From contig UYFQ01000032.1 in NCBI GenBank assembly GCA_900617105.1, positions 124,001 to 188,000 of the forward strand: a stretch of DNA of 64,000 nucleotides, read 5' to 3'. Source of the DNA: Hydrurus foetidus. Lineage: Eukaryota. Position numbers and translations under genes: made by a program. Numbering within the stretch: position 1 is the first letter of the stretch; every line of letters begins with the position of its first letter. The notes beneath the pieces were generated by a model. It had not been told where the DNA came from and did not search any database. It saw nothing but the letters and a program-made list of their open reading frames with translations. Of the stretch, positions 43,278 to 52,687 are shown piece by piece.

Positions 43278-44096
43278 TTACTTTGGCCTGAGACCGTTAG
43301 CCAGCTTTGCCTCGATGTCGTCCAGCACCGGCAACAGGTCGGCCACGCTGTCGATCACATAGTGGGCACCGGCCGCTCTGAGCTTGGTCGTAGCGATCTG
43401 CCGCAAGTCTTCCTGCTTGCCGGCATCAAGCGCCTGCCACTGCGCGAGTGGCAAGCCCACTGCATTGCCACTGACCGCCAAGCCTACCGTCCAAGTGCCG
43501 GCATTCAAGCCCTCTTCGATGCCCACGCCAGTATCGTCGACCTTGACCACGCTAGCCGGTGGCCAGACGCCGATGTCGGCAAAGGTACGGTACATCATGA
43601 GCGGCGACGGACGACTCGCCGCCAGATCGCCCGCACACACGAGGTTGTCGGGTACGTAGCCACCAGCGGCAGCGATCGGCGTCACCACTTCCATGATGGG
43701 TCGGTTATAGCCGGTGGTGGAACCGATTTTCAGTCCCCGCGCACGCAGCGTGTCGATCATCTGCACCGCACCCGGAATGAAGTCAGCAAAGTCGGCCACC
43801 ACCGCCGCATTCATCGGCGTGAAAACTTCGTAGAGGTGATCGACATCGACGTTGCCGAAGGGCTTGCCGTGCACGCGCTCCCATTGGGCGGCGATGCGAG
43901 GCAGTTTGCCAAGCATCTGAATATGCTCCCACTTGGCCATACCCATCGGGCCACGGGCCTCGTCGATGGTGAGGTTGACGCCGAACTTCTCGAACAGGCG
44001 TACGAACGCGCCCATCGGCGCGCACGAGCCGAAGTCGATGATGGTTCCGGCCCAGTCGAAGACGACAGCCGTGAGTTGGGTGGGTTGTTGGTGCAT
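43278..44096 (-). CDS. phnX: Phosphonoacetaldehyde hydrolase (phosphonatase)
   Basis: FDWAGT..DFGS.AP, RGPMGMAKWEHI (Schiff-base Lys), STTGY, KVDDT. Confidence 0.95.
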   Translation of the reverse strand: MHQQPTQLTAVVFDWAGTIIDFGSCAPMGAFVRLFEKFGVNLTIDEARGPMGMAKWEHIQMLGKLPRIAAQWERVHGKPFGNVDVDHLYEVFTPMNAAVVADFADFIPGAVQMIDTLRARGLKIGSTTGYNRPIMEVVTPIAAAGGYVPDNLVCAGDLAASRPSPLMMYRTFADIGVWPPASVVKVDDTGVGIEEGLNAGTWTVGLAVSGNAVGLPLAQWQALDAGKQEDLRQIATTKLRAAGAHYVIDSVADLLPVLDDIEAKLANGLRPK

Positions 44097-44143
44097 GTCT
44101 GTTCGTCTCTGAAAAAGGTGTAAGGGTTTAAAGATTTAAAGAT

Positions 44144-45274
44144 TTACCAGGAGGCAAACACGTCTTCGGCGATGCCGAAGGCGGTGCTGGCACCGGTCCC
44201 ACTGGTGACCAGCACCAGTCGGGTTGCGTTGTCTGGCGCGTCGATCAGGCAGTCGGTGCTGGCCGATGACGGATAGATGCCGACCCAGCGCTCAGTCACG
44301 CGGCACTGCTGAAGCTTGAGCGTCTTGTGCAGGTGTTGGAGGATCAGTTCGTCGACGTGCTGGTCGGCAAAGGGTTCGGGTGCATCGCCGTAGTGGTGCG
44401 AATCGCCCACCACCAGTGAGCCGTCGGCACTCTGCACCACAATCAGGTGGATGCCGTTGTCGAGCGACTCGCCCTCCTCCCGTTGCAACTGTTCCCGCAA
44501 CGGCACGGCAGCGGGCAGCTTGCTGTAGCCGTGGTAACGCACCAGACTCAAGTCGGCCATCACCGAGCCAGGCAGCTTGAAGCCCGGCTCCGGCTGCACA
44601 CGCAGCATGTGCAACAGGCATAGCCGCAGCTTGTGCGGCGTGAGGCGCTCGGCGAAAAGCCCGTTCAGATCGGTGTTGGTACATACCACGACACGTTCGC
44701 CATGCAGCACGCCGCGTGACGTGCGCACCCTTGGCGTTGCCACTTCGAGCACCGCCTCGCTGAAACGAAACACCACGCCCATCGCATTCGACAGCCAGCG
44801 CGCCAGCAAGCCGATGGCCGTGCGCGATTCGACCCGCATCTCGTGCGGGCTGTAAAGCACCGCTTGTGCGCCGTCGAGTTGCAGCACCGGCGCACGCCGG
44901 GCCGCCTCGGTGGTGTCAATCAGTTCGCAGCCTACCCCCATCTCGGTGGTCATGAACTCCTCAAGCACCTTCAAAGCTTGAGGCCGGAAGGCGGTCAAGT
45001 AAAGGCCATGGTGTACCGCAGCGATGCCGGCGCGCGGCGCCACCTCGCCCCAGACTTCCCGTGCCCGTTTGGCCCGGCGCCAGGTGTCGCCCGCGCCCTG
45101 ACCAGTGACGGTTATGAAACCGAAGTTGCGGATCGACGCGCCAAGGCAGGCCGCGTCGCGCTCGACCACGCACACGCGCAGACCTCGCTTGGCGGCGGTA
45201 TAGGCGTGTGCCAGGCCGACGATGCCGGCGCCGACGACGATAAGGTCAAAGTTAGTGTGATTCGAAGTGCTCAT
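44144..45274 (-). CDS. FAD-dependent amine oxidoreductase of phosphonate clusters (TIGR03364-like)
   Basis: VGAGIVGLAHA, GASIRNFG, DGSLVVGDSHHY, ERWVGIY, TSGTGASTAF. Confidence 0.85.
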   Translation of the reverse strand: MSTSNHTNFDLIVVGAGIVGLAHAYTAAKRGLRVCVVERDAACLGASIRNFGFITVTGQGAGDTWRRAKRAREVWGEVAPRAGIAAVHHGLYLTAFRPQALKVLEEFMTTEMGVGCELIDTTEAARRAPVLQLDGAQAVLYSPHEMRVESRTAIGLLARWLSNAMGVVFRFSEAVLEVATPRVRTSRGVLHGERVVVCTNTDLNGLFAERLTPHKLRLCLLHMLRVQPEPGFKLPGSVMADLSLVRYHGYSKLPAAVPLREQLQREEGESLDNGIHLIVVQSADGSLVVGDSHHYGDAPEPFADQHVDELILQHLHKTLKLQQCRVTERWVGIYPSSASTDCLIDAPDNATRLVLVTSGTGASTAFGIAEDVFASW

Positions 45275-45960
45275 AGTGTGCAAGTAACAGGTGGACGCGC
45301 CAACCGCAGCACCGGCCAGTGGCGCGATTGCGCCTCCAGGGCCAAACGTGCATCAGGGTCGACCACCACGGGTTGGCCCACCGCCAGCAGCAGCGGCAGG
45401 TCGTTGATTGAATCGCTGTAAAAGATGGCGCTGGCCAGCAGTGGTTCGGGTGCCTCGCCGCGTGCTGCCAGCCATTCCCGCAAGCGCTCGACCTTGCCTT
45501 CGCGCATGTTGAGCGTGCCGAACGTGCAACCTGCGAAGCGACCATCGCTGTGCAGGGCCAATTCGGTGGCAATCAGGTGCTCGAAACCGAGTTCCTGCGC
45601 GGTCAACTCGACCAAGAAGCGACTGGTCGCGCTTGTCAGCACAAGCAAGTCGCCGTCGGCACGGTGCTGCTGAACCAGCTCGTGCGCTGCAGCCGGTAGG
45701 CGGGGTCGGATCACCTCCGCCATGAAGCCGGCACGCACAGGCGCCCAATCCTGCGGGGTACGACCCGCAAAAGTCGAAGCGAAGAACTCGCAAAACTCGG
45801 CTGGAGTCGCTTCGCCGGCGTGGTATCGCCTGTCCATCTCTGCGTTGCGCGCGGCCAAGCTGGCATCGAGCAAACCCTTCGCCAGCAGGTACTCGACCCA
45901 GAGTACCTCGCTATCGCCTGTAAGCAAGGTGTTGTCAAGATCAAACAGCGCCAATGTCAT
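45271..45960 (-). CDS. HAD-IB family hydrolase
   Basis: LALFDLDNTLL, TSAT, GKV, FYSDSINDLPLL. Confidence 0.88.
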   Translation of the reverse strand: MTLALFDLDNTLLTGDSEVLWVEYLLAKGLLDASLAARNAEMDRRYHAGEATPAEFCEFFASTFAGRTPQDWAPVRAGFMAEVIRPRLPAAAHELVQQHRADGDLLVLTSATSRFLVELTAQELGFEHLIATELALHSDGRFAGCTFGTLNMREGKVERLREWLAARGEAPEPLLASAIFYSDSINDLPLLLAVGQPVVVDPDARLALEAQSRHWPVLRLARPPVTCTL

Positions 45961-46036
45961 GTAAGCACCCTTGCGGTTCGCGCTGTCCCGCCACGCGGGA
46001 GCGAACAGGCCTTCGGGCGGCAGCAGTACGGTGTGC

Positions 46037-47758
46037 TCATCGCCCCGGTGCCCTCCAGGCCTGGGTGCGACGGTCTACCCACTTCCCGAGCACCATGTAA
46101 GCCAAGATGACCACGGCCGAGGTGGCAGCGATCAGCACGGCCATCGCTGCTGCCGGGCCGATGTCGCCGGCTTCGTCGAGGTTGAGGATGGCGACCGAAG
46201 CGAGCTTGGTGTCTGGTGAATAGAGGAACACCACAGCTGAAATCGTGGTCATCGCATTGATGAAGAAGTAGCGCGACACATCCAACAGCGTAGGCAAGCA
46301 GATCGGCAGCGTGACGCGCCAGAAGGTCTTATAGAACGGCACCTTGAGCGAGGCAGAGACGGCTTCGAACTCCGCGTCGATCGACTTCAGCGCCGTCACC
46401 ATCGTGAGGTGGCCGGTGGTATATAAATGGACGATTGTGCACAGCACCAGCAAGGGCAGCGTCTGGTACATCACGTTCAATGGGTTCGACGGTGCGTTGA
46501 AGAAAAATATGTAGCCCAGGCCAAGCACCAGGCCGGGCACTGCCATTGGCAGCATCGCCATGAGTCGCACCAGCGGCCGCGCCCAGTCAAGGCCGCGCGT
46601 TTTTTCGAGCAGGTAGGCGCCGATAAAGACGACCACGGGGCCAATCACCGCCGTGCATGCAGCGAGTTTCAAGCTGTTGCGCATGGCGTCGCCAAGTTCT
46701 GCGTCGACCAGACCCGACACGTAGTGGTTAAAGCTCGGTGCCAGGTTGTAAGGCCAGAGTGTCGCGAACGATGCGAACACCGCCATGAGAAACATGGCAA
46801 GCATCAGCGAGACGATCAGCACGCAGTACACGGTCATCGCGGAGTCGAAACCCTTGGCACGCTTTGGCACCAGCGCCACTGCCCGGGCGGTGAGCGTAGC
46901 GGTCTGCTTGCGTTGCACCAGGTAGTCGACGCCAAAGGTCAGCACCGCCGGCACAAGAAGCAAGAGCGCCACAACGGCGCCGCGCTGAAAGTCCTGCTGA
47001 CCGATCACCAGCTTGAATACGTCAGTGGCCAGCACGTTGAAATTACCGCCCACCACCTTGGGAATGCCGAAGTCGGTGATGACCAGCGTGAAGCACACCA
47101 TCGCAGCCGAGATTTGGCCATACTTAGCGCCCGGCAAGGTGATGGTGAAGAACTTACGCAGGGTGCTGGTGCCGAGCGAATCGGCGGCCTCGTAAAGTCG
47201 CGCATCGGCCAGTGTGAGCGCAGTCACCAGGATCATCAGTACGTGCGGAAAAACTGCGAAACATTCGGCCAAAACGATGCCGGGTGCCCCGTAAATACCA
47301 CTGAAACCGAGCGCCAACCAGAAGTCTTTTGCAACGCCCTGGTTGCCGAACCAGTAGATCAGCGAGATCGCCGACAGCAGCGACGGCGCTAGCAGCGGCA
47401 GCAGCGTGATGGCGCGAAACAGCGGCTTGAACGGCATGCAACTGCGCGTGAGCGCATAGGCGAAGGTGAAGGCCAGCGGCACCACGATCACCGTGACCAG
47501 CACCGAAATCCAGACGCTGTTCCACAGACTCTGCAACAGGGCTGGCGATGCCAGGTAAGCACCGAACGCGCCGAGGCCCGAGCCAGCAGCGCCCTCGGAA
47601 GTATCGAGCGCTTTCGAAATGATCAGCAAAAGCGGTGCGATCAGGCCGATGCACAGCAAGGCGACCGTGCCTAGCAGCATCAGGTTGCCGATTCGATCCA
47701 TCCAGTAGATACGTTGGCGCAGCGGAGGCACCAGCATCACGGCAGTGGTGGACGCCAT
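46037..47758 (-). CDS. 2-aminoethylphosphonate-type ABC permease (double domain)
   Basis: LADARLYEAA, FEAVSASLKVP; next to the ATPase and binding protein. Confidence 0.88.
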   Translation of the reverse strand: MASTTAVMLVPPLRQRIYWMDRIGNLMLLGTVALLCIGLIAPLLLIISKALDTSEGAAGSGLGAFGAYLASPALLQSLWNSVWISVLVTVIVVPLAFTFAYALTRSCMPFKPLFRAITLLPLLAPSLLSAISLIYWFGNQGVAKDFWLALGFSGIYGAPGIVLAECFAVFPHVLMILVTALTLADARLYEAADSLGTSTLRKFFTITLPGAKYGQISAAMVCFTLVITDFGIPKVVGGNFNVLATDVFKLVIGQQDFQRGAVVALLLLVPAVLTFGVDYLVQRKQTATLTARAVALVPKRAKGFDSAMTVYCVLIVSLMLAMFLMAVFASFATLWPYNLAPSFNHYVSGLVDAELGDAMRNSLKLAACTAVIGPVVVFIGAYLLEKTRGLDWARPLVRLMAMLPMAVPGLVLGLGYIFFFNAPSNPLNVMYQTLPLLVLCTIVHLYTTGHLTMVTALKSIDAEFEAVSASLKVPFYKTFWRVTLPICLPTLLDVSRYFFINAMTTISAVVFLYSPDTKLASVAILNLDEAGDIGPAAAMAVLIAATSAVVILAYMVLGKWVDRRTQAWRAPGR

Positions 47759-47759
47759 G

Positions 47760-48851
47760 TCAATTGGCGGCCACGGGGAACACCCGTAGCCGGTCGGCAC
47801 GCAACGCGAAACGCACGCTGGCCCCCTTGCGCACTTCGAACTCGTCCATCTGGTTGAGCGAGTATTGCAACTGCAAGGGCTGACCTGGAATGCCTTCAAC
47901 ATCGACTTCAGCCAAGCAGTTGCCGCCGAGGAACTCGATGTGCCGCACTGTTCCCGCACAGCGCATCGGATCGTCGTCGCGCACATTGCCGATCACCCGG
48001 TCCTCGGGCCGCAGGTAAAGCGCAACCTCGCGGCCAGGCCGGAGGTCCGGGCCACCGCCCGACGAGGTTTGCAGCCGCATAGTGCCGCAGCGAAACCAGT
48101 GATCACCTTCGGCAATGGCCTTGAGCCGGTTGACCTTGCCAACAAAGTCGGCGACGAACGGGGACGCCGGCTCGCGGTAGACCTCCAACGGCGTGCCGAC
48201 CTGCTCGATCATGCCGTGGTTCATGACCACGATACGGTCAGCCACCGACAGCGCCTCTTCCTGGTCGTGCGTGACCATCACGGTTGTGACACCGAGTTTG
48301 CGCTGCAGGTCGCGGATCTCGTTGCGCAGGTGCACTCGCACGATGGCATCAAGCGCTGACAGCGGTTCGTCCAGAAGCAATAGCCCAGGTGACGTGGCGA
48401 GCGCGCGTGCCAGAGCGATGCGCTGCTGCTGTCCGCCAGACATCTGCGCCGGGTACTTGGCACCACTGCCCGGCAGGCCGACCAGCATCAGCAGTTCTTC
48501 GACGCGCAGCGTGATCTGCGCGCGCGTCTGCTTGCGGTTGACCAAGCCGTAATTTATATTTTCCGCGACCGTGAGATTGGGGAACAGCGCATACGACTGA
48601 AACATGATCCCGTAATCGCGCCCGGCCGGCGGCAGCACCGAGATGTCGCGACCAGCCTGCAAGATGCGACCGGCTGTCTGCGTTTCGAGCCCGGCAATGA
48701 TGCGCAGCAAGGTCGTCTTGCCGCAGCCCGAGGGCCCCAGGAAACAGATGAACTCGCCGCGCCTGATCGACAGGTCGATATTGTCTAGCGCGGTGAAGGA
48801 GCCGAAGCTTTTACGGATGCCCTGCAGGACGAGGTAATCGATGTCGCTCAT
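47760..48851 (-). CDS. 2-aminoethylphosphonate-type ABC ATPase
   Basis: GPSGCGKTT, MSGGQQQR, LDEPLSALD, THDQEEA. Confidence 0.92.
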   Translation of the reverse strand: MSDIDYLVLQGIRKSFGSFTALDNIDLSIRRGEFICFLGPSGCGKTTLLRIIAGLETQTAGRILQAGRDISVLPPAGRDYGIMFQSYALFPNLTVAENINYGLVNRKQTRAQITLRVEELLMLVGLPGSGAKYPAQMSGGQQQRIALARALATSPGLLLLDEPLSALDAIVRVHLRNEIRDLQRKLGVTTVMVTHDQEEALSVADRIVVMNHGMIEQVGTPLEVYREPASPFVADFVGKVNRLKAIAEGDHWFRCGTMRLQTSSGGGPDLRPGREVALYLRPEDRVIGNVRDDDPMRCAGTVRHIEFLGGNCLAEVDVEGIPGQPLQLQYSLNQMDEFEVRKGASVRFALRADRLRVFPVAAN

Positions 48852-48876
48852 GTTGTCGCTTTCGCTGGCCGCCGGC

Positions 48877-49911
48877 TTATTTCTTCGCTTCGCTCTTGGC
48901 GTCGTAGCGCTTCGACCATTCGGCCAGTGTGCGCTCACGACCGGCAGCGGCCTTGTCGAAGTCGAGCTTGATCAGACGTGACTCGTAGTCGACCGGAATG
49001 TTGGCAAGCTTCGGCGCGACGCCCGGCTGCGCGGTGATCGCGAAATTCTTGCCGTACAGAATCATCGCGTCCTTGGACGAGGCCCAGTCGGCCAGTTTTT
49101 TGGCGGCTTCAAGCTTCTTGGTGCCCTTGTAGATGGCAAAAGCCTCCAGGTCCCAGCCCAGCCCTTCCTTCGGGAAGACCAGTTCGATGGGGGCACCCTT
49201 CGCCTTGTTGGTGTGACCGCGGTATTCAAAAGAAATACCGGCGACGTATTCTCCGGCCGCAGCCATGTTGCAAGGCTTGGAGCCCGAGTGGGTGTACTGA
49301 CCGATATTTTCGTGCAATGCATCCATGTATTTCCAACCGCCGCCCTTGCCCGCATCGTCGCCCCACAATTGCAACCACGCCACCACGTCAAAGTAGCCTG
49401 TACCCGACGATGCCGGGTTCGGCATCACGACCTGACCCTTGAACTCGGGCTTGGTCAAATCTTTCCAGGTGGTCGGGATCGCAATGTTTCTCTTCTTGGC
49501 TTCCACGGTGTTAAAGCACACCACGGCACCGAACACATTCATGCCAAACCAAGCTGGAGGCGTTTTCTTGTCGCGATAGGCCAGCATGATCGCGTCGAGG
49601 TTCAGCGGTGCATAGGATTCGAGCATGCCGTTGCGCTCGAACAGCGCCAGACTGGTGGCAGCCACACCCATGATCACGTCGGCTTGCGGGTTCGCTTTTT
49701 CGGCCAGCAGCTTGGCCGTAACCACACCGGTTGAATCGCGCACCCATTTGATGTCGATGTTGGGCTCGACCTTGTTGAAGGCCTCTTGGTAGGCCTTGAG
49801 CTGGTCGGTTTCAAGTGCTGTGTAGACGATCAGTTGGGTCTTTTGTGCGAGTGCAGCGGTGGCGAAGGCCATACCGAGCAGGCCGACGATGAGGGATTTG
49901 GCGAGATGCAT
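48877..49911 (-). CDS. aepX: Aminophosphonate ABC substrate-binding protein (AepX-like)
   Basis: VYTALE, WVRDSTG, MPNPASSGTG, YTHSGSKPC, GWDLEA. Confidence 0.82.
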   Translation of the reverse strand: MHLAKSLIVGLLGMAFATAALAQKTQLIVYTALETDQLKAYQEAFNKVEPNIDIKWVRDSTGVVTAKLLAEKANPQADVIMGVAATSLALFERNGMLESYAPLNLDAIMLAYRDKKTPPAWFGMNVFGAVVCFNTVEAKKRNIAIPTTWKDLTKPEFKGQVVMPNPASSGTGYFDVVAWLQLWGDDAGKGGGWKYMDALHENIGQYTHSGSKPCNMAAAGEYVAGISFEYRGHTNKAKGAPIELVFPKEGLGWDLEAFAIYKGTKKLEAAKKLADWASSKDAMILYGKNFAITAQPGVAPKLANIPVDYESRLIKLDFDKAAAGRERTLAEWSKRYDAKSEAKK

Positions 49912-49954
49912 AGGGTGTTCCTTGTCTGTAAAGAAAGGACTTTGCCTGCACAAA

Positions 49955-49971
49955 ATGACATACCAGTGACA
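49955..49971 (-). promoter_or_regulatory. Pho box-like direct repeat
   Basis: Minus strand TGTCAC-TGGTA-TGTCAT, 11-bp period, upstream of the transporter operon. Confidence 0.65.
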
Positions 49972-50013
49972 TTTTCATCAAAGATAATCGGGTACTGACT
50001 TATCAGATAGTTT

Positions 50014-50039
50014 ATTGTCTTTTGTAAATTGCAGACAAT
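50014..50039. promoter_or_regulatory. Inverted repeat, candidate operator for the GntR regulator
   Basis: ATTGTCT-N12-AGACAAT between the divergent genes. Confidence 0.45.
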
Positions 50040-50065
50040 TTTCAGCGAGACACTTAGAATTCAGC

Positions 50066-50794
50066 ATGGCTTCCAGGATATCCAGCAACCCCACCATCGC
50101 GCAACTTCAGTCGCATTCGCTCGCCGATCTGGTTCAAGCCGAGATCGAGCGCATGATCCTTGACGGTGCGCTCCCGTCCGGTGCCAAACTGACTGAAGCC
50201 ACGCTGGCCGAGCAGATCGGCGTGTCGCGCGGCCCGGTACGAGAAGCTTTTCGCATGCTCGAAGAAGCCGGCTTGGTGCGCACCGAGAAGAACCGCGGCG
50301 TGTTCGTGCGGCATGTACCGATCGAAGAAGCCGTCGAGATATTCGAAGTGCGTGCCGTGTTGGACCTTTACGTGGGCCGCAAACTGGCCAAGGGCCTGCG
50401 CACGACAGAGATTCGCGAACTGCGCCAGCTGGTCGACGCAATGGACCAGGCCGTCAAGTGTGACAACACCAATGATTACCACCGCTTTAATCTCCAATTT
50501 CATGATCGCCTGCTTGAACTGGCGGGCAATGCCAAGCTCACGAACACCTACCGCAAGCTGGTAAACGAACTCTCGCTATTCCGGCGCCAGAACCTCACCA
50601 GCGAGTCCATGGCCGTCTACTCGCGCGAGCATCGTCAGATCGTCAAGGCGATCGCGGCGGGGGATCCCGATGCAGCTGGTCAGGCCATGTACCAGCACGT
50701 CATGAACAGCCGTGAACGCACGTTGCGCAACTACGAACTCAAGCTCGCGGGCGCAGCTGCCGTGGTGCGGCCCGCGGTTGCGGTAGAGGACTGA
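50066..50794 (+). CDS. GntR-family phosphonate-utilisation regulator (PhnR-like)
   Basis: GVSRGPVREAFR..LVRTEKNRGVFVR, FHDRL; divergent from the transporter. Confidence 0.88.
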   Translation: MASRISSNPTIAQLQSHSLADLVQAEIERMILDGALPSGAKLTEATLAEQIGVSRGPVREAFRMLEEAGLVRTEKNRGVFVRHVPIEEAVEIFEVRAVLDLYVGRKLAKGLRTTEIRELRQLVDAMDQAVKCDNTNDYHRFNLQFHDRLLELAGNAKLTNTYRKLVNELSLFRRQNLTSESMAVYSREHRQIVKAIAAGDPDAAGQAMYQHVMNSRERTLRNYELKLAGAAAVVRPAVAVED

Positions 50795-50797
50795 GCC

Positions 50798-51352
50798 ATG
50801 GCACTCACTCTGGCCGACATCGAAACGCTGTTCGCACGCCACGGCGGCGCATACTACAGCGGCGAGCCTGTGACCCAGCTCGCGCATGCGCTGCAAACGG
50901 CGTACCTGGCCGAACAGGCCGGAGCCGACGACGAACTCGTCACTGCGGCGCTGCTGCACGACCTTGGTCACCTGCTCAACGACCAGGGCGAATCGCCCAC
51001 TGTGCGCGGCATTGACGATGTACACCAGTATTTCGCCCTACCCTTCCTGCGCAACGTGTTCAGCGACCGCGTGCTGGACGCAATCAAATGGCATGTCGAC
51101 GCCAAGCGCTACCTGTGCGCGACCCAGCCTGACTACTGGCAGGGCTTGTCGGCCGACTCTAAACGCAGCCTCGAATTACAGGGCGGCATCTTCTCAGCCG
51201 AAGCGGCTGAGCATTTCATCGGGCAACTGAATGCGACCGCGGCCGTGCAACTCCGGCTGTGGGACGACCAGGCCAAGTCGCCCGACCGCGCGACACTGCC
51301 GCTATCGCACTACCTGGCGCGTGCACAACGCTGCATGCTGACGGCGGCGTGA
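50798..51352 (+). CDS. phnZ: HD-domain phosphonate oxygenase PhnZ-like
   Basis: YSGEPVTQLAHALQ, LLHDLGH, HVDAKRYL, SLELQGG, LRLWDDQAK. Confidence 0.85.
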   Translation: MALTLADIETLFARHGGAYYSGEPVTQLAHALQTAYLAEQAGADDELVTAALLHDLGHLLNDQGESPTVRGIDDVHQYFALPFLRNVFSDRVLDAIKWHVDAKRYLCATQPDYWQGLSADSKRSLELQGGIFSAEAAEHFIGQLNATAAVQLRLWDDQAKSPDRATLPLSHYLARAQRCMLTAA

Positions 51353-51408
51353 CGCTGACCGACCCGATCGTCCTGGCGGTACTGTTCGGAGCCCTGCTAC
51401 ATGCGTAG
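51349..51408 (+). pseudogene. N-terminal stub of an EamA/DMT membrane protein
   Basis: GTG overlapping the phnZ stop reads VTLTDPIVLAVLFGALLHA*, resembling the L..ALLHAxWN start of EamA proteins. Confidence 0.6.
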
Positions 51409-51610
51409 TAGCGGGGTCGGGTCAAGGTGTACCCGTTTGTGGAGCTGAGCTAGGAGAGGCCTACCTCACGCACTGGCAGCCGCTGTGCCTGCCTGGGTGC
51501 CGTGTTCAACCTGCCCATAAGCACCGTCACCATCGTGGAAGACTTAGGGATAGTGGGGATGACGTTGGGAATGCTGTGGGCTGGGATTTAGAACTGTATA
51601 AAATATCAGC

Positions 51611-52687
51611 ATGAAACCATCCCCCTCCCTTTTTGGAATCACGCGCAGCAACCGGAATTTTGCTGACCCCTATTACTGGGGCAAGAACCAATTCAACTCC
51701 TCTTTCCCTGTAGCTCTGGCCTGCTACATGCAGTCCAAAGGGATTCCGTTGGCGTATGTGCAGTACCTCGATGCACACCAAACAACCGTTGGTGAACTGC
51801 AAGTAGATGACCTGTGGGGCAGCACATTGCCAACGGAGGAACTCTACTTTTCCTTTGAAAGCCGCTTCGATCCGTTCAGAGAACTCGTTCACGATGATTT
51901 GCCGCCCATTGATCTGGTGGTGTGCAACGGTGACAAAAACCACCCCATCCGCCCTTTGGAAGTCAAACTCACCACATTGCCAGACAACACCACTGAAGCC
52001 TTAGACGAAAGTCTTTACGGTGCAGAAATTGTGATTCGCTCTGCCACAACGCGCTACATGGCACTGTCTATGGCGATGGCCGTTGGAACCGCCTTGCCCA
52101 GAGTCAGGGCAATTTTCGAGCCTGTTTTTGCCAAAGTCAGGAATTGGGACTCCATCGCCGAAATGCACACACTGGCCCCCCAAGCGCTCGCCGCATTGGA
52201 GGTTTTTTTGATGGAATTCAAGCATCTGCAACAACCTTTGTTGATGCAGCCACTGTGGAAAACCATCGGCAAATCGCCCATCTTGGCCAACCAATGCCTG
52301 GATATTTTTGTGTGGAGTGACTTTGCACTTGCCCACTTGTTTTTAGACTCTGCCCGCAACGGCTTGGACAAAGCCGGAATTTCACGCCCACTGCGAGCAG
52401 CGCTGCGTTTGTCTCGCTTTTTGTTTGAGCGCTCCAGCGGAGCCAAGGTCTACCAACAGCCGATTTATGACGGCATGACCTACGACAACCAAAACGACAA
52501 AGAGTTTGCTATTTCTGGCAATCGAACACGCCCCTTGATGGCCTGCGATCGGCTGCGCACACCCTTGATCGCCAAAGACGAAATCCGTCACATCATCTTG
52601 GGCGGAGGACACAAACACCTGAGCCCAGAACGGCGCTTTGATGCCATCTTGTATTTCTCATCTGATTTGTTTGGAGCACAGCCATGA
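51611..52687 (+). CDS. Type II restriction endonuclease, HindVP/HgiDI-like
   Basis: LFGI..SNR.F....WGKNQFNSSFP..L, IDLV..LEVKLTTLPD (PD-D/ExK), SPERRFD; paired with a C5 methyltransferase. Confidence 0.82.
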   Translation: MKPSPSLFGITRSNRNFADPYYWGKNQFNSSFPVALACYMQSKGIPLAYVQYLDAHQTTVGELQVDDLWGSTLPTEELYFSFESRFDPFRELVHDDLPPIDLVVCNGDKNHPIRPLEVKLTTLPDNTTEALDESLYGAEIVIRSATTRYMALSMAMAVGTALPRVRAIFEPVFAKVRNWDSIAEMHTLAPQALAALEVFLMEFKHLQQPLLMQPLWKTIGKSPILANQCLDIFVWSDFALAHLFLDSARNGLDKAGISRPLRAALRLSRFLFERSSGAKVYQQPIYDGMTYDNQNDKEFAISGNRTRPLMACDRLRTPLIAKDEIRHIILGGGHKHLSPERRFDAILYFSSDLFGAQP

